NCBI RefSeq assembly: GCF_009914755.1
Contig: NC_060937.1
Direction: 5' to 3' (one strand)
Length of the DNA stretch: 64,000 bases
Source: the human T2T-CHM13v2.0 reference genome, Homo sapiens
Part shown: positions 41,886-54,551 of the stretch, in pieces
How the letters are laid out: each line of letters starts with the position of its first letter
Position numbering within the stretch: the first letter of the stretch is position 1
Made by a program: the position numbers and the translations under genes
Notes under the pieces: generated by a model
The model's database searches: none
What the model was told of the DNA's origin: nothing
What the model saw: the letters and a program-made list of their open reading frames with translations, nothing else

Positions 41886-42166
41886 GAGACAGAGTCTTAC
41901 TCTGTCACCCAGGCTGGAGTGCAAATTGTGTGGTTTCGGCTCAATGCAACCTCTACCTCCCAGGTTCAAGCAATTCTCCTGCTTCAGCCTCCTGAGTAGC
42001 TAGGACTACAGGCACATGCCACCACACCCAGCTAATTTTTGTATTTTTAGTAGAGACGGGGTTTCACTATGTTGGCTAGGCTGGTCTCGAACTTCTGACC
42101 TCATGATCTGTCCGCCTCGGCCTCCCAAAGTGCTGGGATTACAGACGTGAGTCACTGCGCCCGGCC
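41859..42166 (-). mobile_element. Alu (AluS)
   Basis: Long T tract and a full Alu ending gcccggcc; AGAATC on both flanks. Confidence 0.95.
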
Positions 42167-42994
42167 AGAATCACACTTTCATAAGTGATCCTAACAAAGG
42201 CCTCATCCAAGAAGGAGTTGAAGGGAGAAGTATCCTGTGCCTCTAGAGGGAAACAAGTTTGAGTGTGTTGGCAAGAGGGGTCTCCAAGAGACTGAGGAGG
42301 CAGTCCTGGAGATGGACGATTGTGGAGGTTAAAGAAATGCCTTTTTTAAAAAAAAGTTCCAAGCTTAAATATTTTTACGTTATACATGCTTAAGGTAAAA
42401 ATTTAATTCAGGATAGAGGGGAACTTGATATCCAAACCTTTAGGAGTAATGACTCTTAACAAATTGATAAACGTCCTTCCAGACATCTTTCTGTGCATTT
42501 ATTTATTTAAAATATGTGCATATAATTTTACATAAATGGTATTATGCAACTTGCATTTTTCTCAACCATATATCTTAACAGATTTCTATGGTCAAATGAT
42601 AAAGGTTTTCGTCATTATCGTTAATGGCCCCATTATTATTTAAAGAGTCTCCTTTGATTGGCTATGGGAAGCAATGCTGTAATGAATATCCTTGGGCATA
42701 TTCTTTTCCATTTGGGTGATAATCACTTTAGGTAAGTTTCTAAAAAGTTAGTTTATTGGGTCATTTAACATTTTGATACATATTATATAAATTTATGCTT
42801 TGATACATATTATATAAATTATACTTCCACAAGTGATAACATGAATGCCTGTGCCTCACACCCTAATAGGGGTTATAAATTCCTTGTCTTTTGTATATAC
42901 TGCAAATATTTTCCTCTAGGTTAATTTTTTTTCAATTCTTTCTAATGATGTGGTGATGATTTAAACTTAAATTTTTCAGTCTTAATTTCTGGTT

Positions 42995-43011
42995 TGGTGG
43001 TGGTGGTGGTG

Positions 43012-43046
<35 letters not shown>

Positions 43047-43083
43047 GGAGGGAGAGAAAGAGAGAGAGAGATAGAGAAAGAGA
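42995..43083. repeat. Compound microsatellite (GGT)n(GT)n(GA)n
   Basis: Read directly from the sequence. Confidence 0.95.
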
Positions 43084-43759
43084 TGCTTACTTTTATTCCC
43101 TCAGCTATGGAAATATTCTACCATATCATTTTATGGTACTTACTTAATTTTATTTTTCAAGTCTTCAAATCTTTGAGATATCTGGAATTTATTTTAATAC
43201 AGAGAAAGGGGTATGGATCTTTTTGTATTTCTCGCCCCCCTCCAAATATCTACCTAATTTTCCAACAACATCTTTCATTAAATGTATCATATTTTCCCCA
43301 TTGATATTAAAATTGATCTTTATTTTCTACATGTTTGAACCTATTATGAGATTGTTTATTGTTTCTATTCAGTTTATCATTTGACCTATTCCTGCACTAG
43401 TGACTCATTTATAAAATTATTATTGTTATGTATTTTAAATATATGATGGGCAAGTTCCCTATTGCTGACCCCACCTCCAATTTTTCTTGTTTCTAAGATG
43501 GATATTTTTTCATGTTTTTCTGCCAGCAATCTTTCAGAAGCATTTCTGATTGACTTTTGGATCATACCAAATTTACAGATTAATTAGGAGAGCGGAGATC
43601 TCCATAATATTAATTTTTTTATCGATCAATACCTTTCTTGTTTATTCATATTGTTTTTATGTCTATCAGTACTGTTTTATGTTTTATATGTTTTTTCCAT
43701 AGAGTCCCATGCATTGCTCATGAAGTTTATTTTTAGTTATTCAGCAAAGTGTAATGTTT

Positions 43760-44355
43760 TGTACCATGTCATGACAGCTACTCAGGAACCACTTTTTCCA
43801 GAGTTTTTTCCCCTGTTGACCCAGGTTAGGGTTGGCTACAAGAGAAACTTGCATGGACTTTGGAGTCAGAAATGAATCAATAGTTGTCAGTCAGAGGTGG
43901 TGAAGGACAGATGCAGAGGTCCTGATGGGTTTCAGTTTGTCCTTGTTTCTCCCAATGCCATATCTTCCTTCTCTGTCCTCTGCTGACCCCACTGACAAGC
44001 AGTGACTCCAGGTGCCTCCAGTTCACCCCATTGGCAGTGACTCCAGGTGCACCCACAGATACTTCCCTGAAGCTCACACAGTGACAACCATGAGGAGGCA
44101 CCAGCCTTCCATGGACTTCCGCACCAGTCCCCCTTTGGGTTCCTCTGCAGCAGCTGCGTGTGCCTCACATCCTGCAAGCTCTGACTCATGTACCCACCTC
44201 AGGGATAGGGAGTGACTTTTCTCTGATCCCTTTCAGAGCTCCACTTTCCTAGTTTCTCTCACAATTTTCTAAGGCGCAATTCAGATAATAAATGTCTTAT
44301 TCCTTAATATTTGCAGTAGTTCTGCTTCCCTGATCAAATTCTAACTGGTTCACAA
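43760..44355 (+). mobile_element. ERVL-class solo LTR (LTR33-like)
   Basis: 3' end ataaatgtcttattcc...gttctgcttccctgatcaaattctaactggttcaca is typical of ERVL LTR termini; contains an internal repeat cagtgactccaggtgc. Confidence 0.5.
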
Positions 44356-45054
44356 AGGGTGGAGAAAATGACACACAGGACAGGCTGATGCAGATCTGTG
44401 AGGAAGGCTTCAGACTCAGGGCCAGCAGGAGGCATGGCATCATTCACTCAAGAACAGGATGCACTGGGGTTTTAACTCCAGGAGAGGAACCCTGGTATTT
44501 CTACTGCCTTCTGTGCTTGTAGAGGAGTTGGAAGGGGCAGAGTCGAAATCAAGTTAGCAGGACCTAGGTTTTGCAAGTGAAATCACAGCTTTGCTAGTGT
44601 GAGAAGTGATTGGTGCCCACCCACTAATTACTTGGGAAGTTGCCTGTAGGGGCTTAGAGCTTTCTGCTGAGCCAGAGTTGCTGACTCCCTGAGGGAGGGC
44701 AGCTGAAGGCATCTAGGAGCTAACTGGCTCTTCCCAAATAGCTATTTCATGATTTTGTTGCTATTGGACACAGGCATGTGCAGCTTGTACTAAAATTTTT
44801 AACTGTTATTTGTCTATAGGAAAGCAATTGATTTTCCACATATCGGTTTAGTAAGCTTCCACTTTACTAAGCTCTGATTATTTCAGCTGTAAATATAATT
44901 CTCCTGCTTTCTTTCCAATATAGACTCATTGTGGCTTTCTGTGCAATTGCATTGATTAGATTGTTCAATGTTAAATGTAAATGGTGATTGAGGAAAACTT
45001 TCTGGTTCTTGATTAATTTGAAGCATGTTTGACTCTTGATTACAGGCACATAGA

Positions 45055-45064
45055 TGCACACACA

Positions 45065-45116
<52 letters not shown>
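45055..45116. repeat. (CA)n(GA)n microsatellite
   Basis: Read directly from the sequence. Confidence 0.95.
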
Positions 45117-46449
45117 AATAAGTATCATGATAAGGAGGTATCCATCCATTCCTATTTTACTGAATATTTTGATCAGTAGGAATATTTATCAAAAGCATTT
45201 TTGGAATTTACAGAGATGCTAATTTTTTTTTCTCTTGACCAATTTACATGGTAACTTTTATAAATGATTTTCTCAGTTTGAACAATCTTGGCATTCTTAA
45301 AATAAAACTCTTAATTATATGCATTATCTCTTTATTGTATGAATAATACATGAATATTTGCTTTTTTATTTTTGGCTACTAAAATATTTGCCAATATTAA
45401 ATTTTTCTCTTGGATAAATATTCAGGAACAAAACTATAAGGCAGTTATTTCTGTTTGTTGTCATGATCGAGTTTTGGGATCAGAGCTATGTAAGTCTTAA
45501 AAAAATGGGAATGTTTCAGATTTTTTCTTTGTCTAAAACCCATAAATATCACAGAGATTATCTATGTCTTGAATGTTTGTTGTAACTTTTCTATAAAATT
45601 AATCAGGCCTTATCCACTTTCAGGGTGTAAATCTTTACCTGTGTTTTCAATTAAAAAAATAGTTTTTCTATCTCTTCTTGAGCAAATTCTGTTAATTTTA
45701 ATTTCCTACAATTATTATAGTCATAAGTTTTTTACACAGTATTCCTTTATGAAAAAATCTGATCTCTATGTAGGGTTATAAACTCTTTAAAAAATTCCCA
45801 ATATTATGCAGTTGTGCTTTCTATTCTCACAGGTTAGTTTATTTTAACATCTATTCAATGGTACATCTTATTCATTCTGATGCTTTTATTTTTTTCTAAA
45901 TAATTTATTTCTGATTATTATTTACTCCTTTTTAATTTTGTTTTTTTAGCTTCTTAAGTTGAATGCTTTTTTGATTTAATTGAAATTTTTCTTATGTGAT
46001 AACAATGTTAAAAGTAATGGATTTTCTATTGAAAGTGACATTGGCTATATTTTTTGAGTTTTCTATGGAGTATTCCTACTGCCATTAATTCTTAAAGAAT
46101 GTATAATTCAAGTTTTACTTTCCTTTTGATGAAAGAATTATTTATAGATCAAATTTTTATTTCCAGGAAGATACTTTTTAAATTTTATTTTGTTGTCAGT
46201 TTCTAGTTTTATTGTATTGTGGTCAGAAAATTAATAAGTATCTCACTGGACTGTGAAAATAAGGTATATTATTTGGTTTGATGTATGTGGTATCAATATC
46301 TTGTTTATGCTACTGATATTTGTATTTCTACCCATGCCTTTTCCTGAAGTATAAGTATACCTCAATTTCAAACTTTCTTGTCAATGTCGATATGTTTTAC
46401 ATGTGTCTTATGAACTGTGTACATCAAATATATGAATTTTGCTTGTATC

Positions 46450-47690
46450 TATTTTTATTTATTTAAACAATCCTTTTACTTCAGAATAGTTTTAGATTTA
46501 CAGAAAACTTGTTAGTACAGAGTTTCCCATATATCCTTACCTAGTTTGCACTATGATCAACATCTTTTATTGGTTTGGTACATTTGTCACAGGGAAATTG
46601 TGCGGTTTCTTGAAAAAGTCAATAAAGTTGATCAAATTGCTAGCCAGACAAATGAAGAAAAAGAGAGGAGATACAAATTCCTTATATCAAAAATGAAAAA
46701 AGTGTCATTACTACTTATCCCATGGACATTCAAATGGTGACAAAGGAATATTATAGATAATTCTATGCCCCACCCCCCCAAATTTGACACTTAAATATAA
46801 TGGACCAATTTCTTGAAAGACACACAGTACAAGGGGAAATATATGGAATATATGGGAAACTCACACAAAGGGAAATAGATATTGTGAATAGGCATATATC
46901 TATTACAGAAATTAAGTCAATAACTAATAACCTTCCAAAAAAAAAAAAAAAAAAAAAACACCAGCCCTGGATGGTTTTCCTGGTACATCTACCAAACATT
47001 TACCAAAGAAATAATAGCAATTTTCTATAATCTCTTGTAGATAATAGAAGCAAATGGAGCACTTTCTGGCTTATTCTTGAGTGCAGAATCACCCTAATAC
47101 CAAAACCAGATAAAGACACAATGAGAAAGGAAACTATAGATCAATATCTCTCATGAAAATAGATAATAGATAAAAAAAATCCTCAAAAGATATTAGCAAA
47201 TTGAATCCAACAATATATAAAAATTAGAATATGCCACAACCAAGTGGAATTTATTCCAGGCATGTGAGGTTGGTTTAACATTTGAAATATAGTTAATGTA
47301 ATCCATCACATCAAGACACTAAAGAGACAGTAAAAAGGTTAGTGTTTGCCAGGGGTTGGGAGGGTGGGGAGAAGAAGGATGAATACAGGTGAAACACAGG
47401 GGATTTGAGAGTGGTGAAACTGTTTTATACAATATTATAGGAGTAGATACATGACATTCTGCATTTATCAAAACCCATGGAACTGTATGACATAAGGAGT
47501 AAATCTTAATGTAAACCGTGAACTTTAGTTAATATAATACATCAATATTCAATCATTGATTGTAACAACTGTACCGCATTAGTGCAAGATGTAATAATAG
47601 GAGGAGAAACTGCATGGGTGTGGGGGGGGGGTATGTGGAAACTCTCTAAGCTATCTGCTTAAATCATAAACTGTTTTAAAAAAGGAAGTG
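46450..47690. mobile_element. Old L1M fragments in both orientations (minus-strand 3' piece 46450-46590; plus-strand ORF2/3' pieces 46600-47690)
   Basis: atggaccaatttcttgaaagacac, ccctaataccaaaaccagataaagaca, tgtaacaactgtaccgcattagtgcaagatgtaataatagg. Confidence 0.7.
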
Positions 47691-48738
47691 CATTTTTTTT
47701 AAAGGAGCTCACTCTTTTATGATGCAATGTTGCTTTTCTATAGATTTAACAAGGTGCAGGAAGATGCAGACTGGGATGAATAAGCACCAAGCTGAATGAA
47801 CTCCTTTACCCTGAAGAGATCTTGGCCCCTTTCACAACCTACCGTATCAACCTCTTAGCCTATATATATATTTTTTTGTCAGATGTTTGTTTTTATAATG
47901 AAAATACTCAAGCTCTTTTGTTCCTATGCAATAAAACATTTAGCAGTAGAATGCACTTTTTTTCGCCATACACTATGCCTAAGAGCCCTTATTGTACTGG
48001 GTATATTTGCAATATAAGGAAAAAGGCTATAGGGCTAAAAACCAAGTTAGAATCGCTTTCTGGCATTTTTTTCTGTAAATTGCTGATTCACTTTCTGACA
48101 CTCTTGCTTTTAAATTAGTCTAAGGCAAGCACAGAAGCATACTTGATAAAAGGCTTTAAAAGAATCCTGATTGCTGGGGCTCCGGTCTTTCTGACCTTAT
48201 TAAGTGGGGTTGGGGACATTTAAGCCTCTTCTCTTTTTTTGATCACCACTGCAGAGCTTGCTGAAATCTGAAAAGCTAACTTGTCCTGCTAGCCATCCAT
48301 CAGGGGTAATTTAGAAGAAGAAGGCCAGAAAATGCTTTGCCTTTAAGAATAAAAGAGAATTGGTAATGGGGTTTTTATTTTATTCTGGTACCTAACAATA
48401 TCTGCAGTGGCCAATTGCAAACTACTGTGATTTTAATGGTACAGAAGCATTAATCTATAATCAGATGATGTTAAATACATTATTCTATACTTGAGTTAAT
48501 AGTCACTGGTGCTGCTAATGAAGTCAAGGGACACTAAGAACCCTAAATCCTTAAATTATGATTAAATTAAATCCTTAAATTAGCATGGTAGGTTCTTCTG
48601 CCTCGGCAGTTTTCAAAGTGAGGTCCTGAAACCTTTTCAGTTATACCTGAAAAGAGTTTTTGCTGTTTTCATAATAATTCAAAGACACAATTTGCCCATT
48701 TCACGAGGTTGACTTTGCACTGATATTGGACAATTTTT

Positions 48739-49440
48739 CTTTTTTTGGCCTTGGATCTGCTTTGTTGACCTCAGAGCACACTTTGAATGCCATTAAAAAG
48801 CAAACCACATACACAACAGGAACTAGAACTGGATCTGAAGTCTTCTGAGGCACATGACCTCAGAAGAATTCTTCAACAAGGTGGATTTATACAAAATGCA
48901 GGGGAAATAAATGAGGCAATGTGGTGCTGAGTCAAAGGGTAACAGAGGAACAGTCAGTGACAGCGCAGGCAGACGATACCTCTTTCTCATAAGTGCGAGT
49001 GTAAACCGCAGTGCCCTGGGTGAGTGTCAGGATGAGTTTCCCATCACTTAGCTCTGGCACAAGTGTCCTCTCTTGCCCGTTACACTTCTGCAGGTGAAAA
49101 AGTTTGCTTCCATCCAGTGTCACAATGGACTTGACCTTTTTGTCATCTGCTGTTGTCTCATCGAACCCCATCCCCAGCTTAAAGCTGATCTCTGTGTTCT
49201 TGAACATGCTCTGTGTTTTTAAGGTGATAATGTCCCCATTCTTTTTGATGATTGTGGTAGGCTTTGTCATGCTAGCCACCTGCCTGATAGCAAAACTTGC
49301 ACCGATTAACTTCATGTAGTCATCAAAATTCTTGCTGTCTGAGAGCTTCCAGGTGCACAGGAAGGCATCTACCATGGTGATGCTGGCCTAGACTGAGAAA
49401 GAAGCTGTGAGAGAGCAGGTGTGCAAGGAGTTGGACTGCC
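48739..49440 (-). pseudogene. FABP3P2: Processed FABP3 (heart fatty-acid-binding protein) retrocopy; open frame 49375..48932 (147 aa)
   Basis: Translation [22 protein letters not shown]...[11 protein letters not shown] is collinear with FABP3 and has no introns. Parent-like 5' and 3' UTRs are present, with a poly-A remnant at ~48734-48746 and TSD GATATTGGA(TG)CAATTTTT at 48722-48738 and 49441-49459. The symbol is from recall of the chr13 copy. Confidence 0.92.
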
Positions 49441-50062
49441 GATATTGGATGCAATTTTTGGTGCCTTAGGACCAGTTGAGGCAGTGGCACTAAACTGTGC
49501 TAATGCTCATTGTATTTTTCCCCACCAGACAGTGGCAATATAATTTGTGAGTATCGTCTTGCTTCAACTCATCCGTCATGACTTTCTCACAGCTATTAAA
49601 ACATGTTTTACAAGCAGAAACTTACATTTTAGATGAATAAATGCAGGCTCCTGAGGAAAGGCACTTTCATGATTGTTTGAGCTGTGAGCTCAACTATCTG
49701 CTTTTCCATGGAACACCATATTTGTTTGAAAGGCCAACTGATAGACAGGCTGTGGCTATTCAGACTTGTATATTTGGCAGGCATTTTGTAAAAAATAAGA
49801 AATCTGAGTCTGACATCACAAGGAAAACAAATGACAGTATTTATAGCCAACGATAAAATTTGAGCTCTTAAGTGAAAATTAGAATTTTGGGATACTTGCA
49901 TATGCCACCATGAGCTTGGCAGCTTTGCAATACTTAAAGGCTTTTCTAATGAGAACAGCGGTCATATGAATGGATGTAATGTTTTGATATTTATACTAGA
50001 AGTGTCACTGTTTCAAAGATCTGCTGATATTTTCCCAAAGACCAATGCATGATGTTGCAAAG

Positions 50063-50425
50063 TGACATGGTTTGGCTGTGACCTCACCCAAATCTCATCT
50101 TGAATTGTAACTCCCACAATTCTCATGTGTCGTGGGAGGAACCCAGTGGGAGGTGATGGAATTATGTGTGGGGGCGGGTCTTTAATGCACTGTTCTTGTG
50201 ATAGTAAATGAGTCTCATGAGGTCTGATGGCTTTAAAAATGGGAGTTTCGCTGCATAAGCTTTCTTCTCTTGTCTGCCACCATGTGAAACACGCCTTTCA
50301 CCTTCCACCATGATTGTGAGGCCTCCTCAGCCATGTGGAACTGTAAGTTCGATAAACCTCTTTCTTTTGTAAATTGCCCAGTCTCAGGTCTGTCTTTATC
50401 AGCAGCATGAAAATGGGCTAATACA
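50063..50425 (+). mobile_element. THE1B-like MaLR solo LTR
   Basis: tgacatggtttggctgtg..cacccaaatctcatcttgaattgtaactcccacaattc...gctaataca; TSD CAAAG/CAAAC. Confidence 0.9.
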
Positions 50426-50832
50426 CAAACAAAATTCAAAATGTAAGGAAGACTAATGGATTTTAATGTAATGGTTTTAGATTCCACGTTGCAGCCCATC
50501 TTTAAGAAACTACCACTTGTTCAGGTTTGGTGCACTATCAGAGAAGAATATCCCGATGATCTGAAATGGCTATTATACTGCTTACCCTCCTTTCAATTGC
50601 ATATCTGTGTGAGGCTGAATTTTCTTCATATACTTCAACCAAAAGCATACCTTGTAACAGATTGAATGCACAAGTGGATTTGAGAGTCCAGCTGTCCTCT
50701 AGTAAGCCAGATATTAAGGAAATTTGCAAAAATATAAAACAATGCCAGTTTTCTCACTGATTTTTTAAATTAAAATTTTAAATTTGTGATACATGTAGAT
50801 TTGCAGAAAATTGTAGAAAATAATACAGTGTG

Positions 50833-50965
50833 TTGAGCACTGTGGCTCATGCCTGTAATTCCAGCTATTCAGGAAGCTGTGGCAGGAAGATCAGTTGAGC
50901 CCAGGAGTTCGAGGCTGTAGTGAGCTATGATTGCACCACTGCATTCTAGCCTGGGGAGAGAGTGA
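50833..50965 (+). mobile_element. Alu monomer (FLAM-like)
   Basis: gtggctcatgcctgtaattccagctattcagg...gagcccaggagttcgaggctgtagtgagctatgattgcaccactgcattctagcctgg. Confidence 0.8.
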
Positions 50966-51199
50966 CTCTATCTTTTTGTATGCATGTGTATATTTAGTTC
51001 TGTGCAATTTTAATGCATGTGTGGTTTCATGTTTCTTCTGCCACAGTAAAGATATTGAGAAGTTCCTTCTCTACAAAGGTCCCTCCTGTTGTCCTTTCAT
51101 GACCATATGCACCTCCCTCCTCCCAATCCTTCTCCCTATGATATGTTGTTTTTTCTGTTTATGATTGTTCCATTTTATTATTAGTTGATGTTAATCTCT

Positions 51200-51555
51200 T
51201 TTTAATTTTTAATTGACATGTACTAATTGTACATCTCTGTGGGGTACAGTGTGATATTTCAATACCTTTATGCCATGTGTAATGATCAAATCAAAGTAAT
51301 TAGCATATCCATCACCTCAAACATTGATCATTTCTTTGTGCTGAAACATTCTAGCTATTTGAACACATAGAACAAATTATTGTTAACTAGTCACCTTACA
51401 GCGCTAAAGAACACTAGAGCTCATTTCTCCTATCCAGCCATGATCCTGTATCCACTAACCAATCTGTCATCTCCTCTCCCTCCTTCCTCCCCAGCCTCTC
51501 GATCCCCCTGTTCTATCCTCTACTTCTATGAGAGTAATTTATTGAGCTTCCACAT
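51200..51555 (-). mobile_element. L1MA 3' end
   Basis: tttaattgacatgtactaattgtacatc..tggggtacagtgtgatatttcaatac...aatgatcaaatc. Confidence 0.75.
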
Positions 51556-51626
51556 CAGTCTCACTGTTTTTTTTTGTTTTAAAAGATATAGTTCTTTTTT
51601 TTATAAGAATATGTTATTTATGTTAA

Positions 51627-51933
<307 letters not shown>

Positions 51934-52170
51934 TATTCTTATTTTAAAATAAGTTACTACATATTAAAGAATCTTTTAGTTTTAATTTCTAACCGCTAAA
52001 TATTGATAGATGTAACCACATAAATAGAGATCTTTGGAGTTCTCAGTAGCTTTTAAGAGTTTAAAAGGGTCCTAAGACTAGAAAGTTGGAAAACCACAAG
52101 AAACAAGTCAACAGACACCATTATCTTTTGGGTTAACTCTCTTGAATTGTTAGTAATGTCTTCTTTATAG

Positions 52171-52478
<308 letters not shown>

Positions 52479-52520
52479 GAGTTTTTAATATTTCTCACAG
52501 TGCCCATGATAGTGCTGGGC

Positions 52521-53290
52521 CTAGTATTCACTCAATAAATATAAACAGAATTGATGTGAATATCTTCATCAAGTTTATAAGCTTCATCACTGTGGTTGTG
52601 GCTTTTTTGGCAACAATGGACCCTGCGTATATAGGCGTTGCTCGCCAATTCTAGATGTGACTTGGAAACTGTGTGACTGAAAATGTGAAGCAGCTACCTA
52701 TTTACCTCAGGATTTATCACTTTAAATCATCTTCAGTTTGCTTATCAACTGATGTGATGACTGACAGGTTCACTTTGGTCCCTGTTTCTTTTCATCAAAG
52801 TTAATGATCACTCATCAAACCTAGAGAAGAAACTTCATAGTCACTAAGGAAAAAAGGATACAAAATCCTTCCCCTTAAGGAATTTACAAATTAAGGTGAT
52901 TATTCTAGTATTCACTCAATAAATATAAACAGAATTGATGTGAATATCTTCATCAAGTTTATAAGCTTCATCACTGTGGTTGTGGCTTTTTTGGCAACAA
53001 TGGACCCTGCGTATATAGGCGTTGCTCGCCAATTCTAGATGTGACTTGGAAACTGTGTGACTGAAAATGTGAAGCAGCTACCTATTTACCTCAGGATTTA
53101 TCACTTTAAATCATCTTCAGTTTGCATATCAACTGATGTGATGACTGACAGGTTCACTTTGGTCCCTGTTTCTTTTCATCAAAGTTAATGATCACTCATC
53201 AAACCTAGAGAAGAAACTTCATAGTCACTAAGGAAAAAAGGATACAAAATCCTTCCCCTTAAGGAATTTACAAATTAAGGTGATTATTCT
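52521..53290. repeat. Tandem duplication of a 384-bp unique unit (52521-52904 and 52905-53288)
   Basis: The copies are identical except T52742 versus A53126; 2-bp CT microhomology at the boundaries. Confidence 0.97.
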
Positions 53291-54173
53291 TTTTAGAAAA
53301 ACTTGTGGGAATTTACAGGGGCTGTGGTAAAGTGGTTAAATACAACGAATCCTAAGACAGACAGAACCTACCCCGTGTCCCCTCGAGTGGGTGGCCAGGC
53401 AAGTATGATGACAGACACATGCTGAGACATACAGGTTTAGAGTTAGAAACTGTCAGAATCTCTATTATTTGGTTGAGCTTGTCATTGTGAGCTTCTGTGG
53501 AAAGGAGACAAAATTCTAATAGCCATTGCAACACTAAAAACTTCTCTGGGTTTAAAATTTTTTTAATTAAAGACATAAGACTCAAGTAAATATTAATACA
53601 ACTGCTAATAATGACAGTAATAAAACTCAGGAAATTTATTTTAAACTCACTTATATCCAAAGTAGTTAATAACAATTTTTGACTTTCATTATGCCTTCCT
53701 CCAGCCATTTGTCATGACTTTCTAAAAGCTATTAAAACATGTTTTACAAATGGAAGTTTACATTTTAGATGAGTGGATGCAGGTGCTTGCAAAAAAAAAA
53801 AAAAAACCACTTTGTCAACAAGAGGGTCCTTATTTCTATCTATTTAATGGAAGAAAATCAAAACGTAGAAATCTGCCATTTAATCATGCAAGGTAGCATC
53901 ACCTCAATGTAATCAGCTAACCAAAATCTCCTTGTTCAATTTACTAGTCATAAACCCAATTATTTAAAATTCAGGAAACAGATAAAGTGACCTGCATAGT
54001 TAATTCAGTTTTTCCCCCTTAAAATACAATCACAATTATTTTTTGAGCACTGACAATTGGAAAGGCACTGGGCTAGGTACTGGAAAGAATTATAAAATGA
54101 CATGGAATCTCTTCCCGTGGCACTTGGTTCATGCTTCCTTTAATTTTTTTCCCCCACTTCAAAGTATTTGAGG

Positions 54174-54551
54174 TGTCCTAGTCCATTTTGTGCTGCTATA
54201 AGAAAATAACTGAGACTGGGTAATTTATATAGAATAGAAGTTTACTTCTCACAGTTCTGGAGGTTAGAGTTTCAAGATCAAGTTGACTGCAGGTTCGGGC
54301 ATCTGATGAGGGCTGCTGTCTGCTTCCAAGATAGCTCCTTGAAAACTGCATCCTTCAGAGGGAGGAGCACTGTGTCCTCACATGGAGGAAGGCGGAAGGC
54401 AAAGAGGAACAAACTCCCTTTGTCAAGTTGTTTTGTAAGGGTGCCTGATCCCATTCTTGAGAGAGGTGCTCTCATGGCCTAATCACTTCTTAAAGGCCCC
54501 ACCTTCTAATACTATTTTAAATTTTGGAGGGGACATGTTCAAACTATAGCA
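54174..54551 (-). mobile_element. MaLR LTR (MSTD/MLT1A-like)
   Basis: tgtcctagtccattttgtgctgctataag...ctgagactgggtaatttata...caaactatagca. Confidence 0.85.

Noticed and set aside
46450-47320. Opposite-orientation L1 pieces as a twin-priming inversion
   Set aside because: No flanking TSD could be identified and the pieces are old and fragmentary; independent insertions explain them equally well.
52768-52783. GGTTCA-ctt-TGGTCC as a DR3 vitamin D response element in the duplicated unit
   Set aside because: The second half-site has two mismatches; such matches are common by chance.
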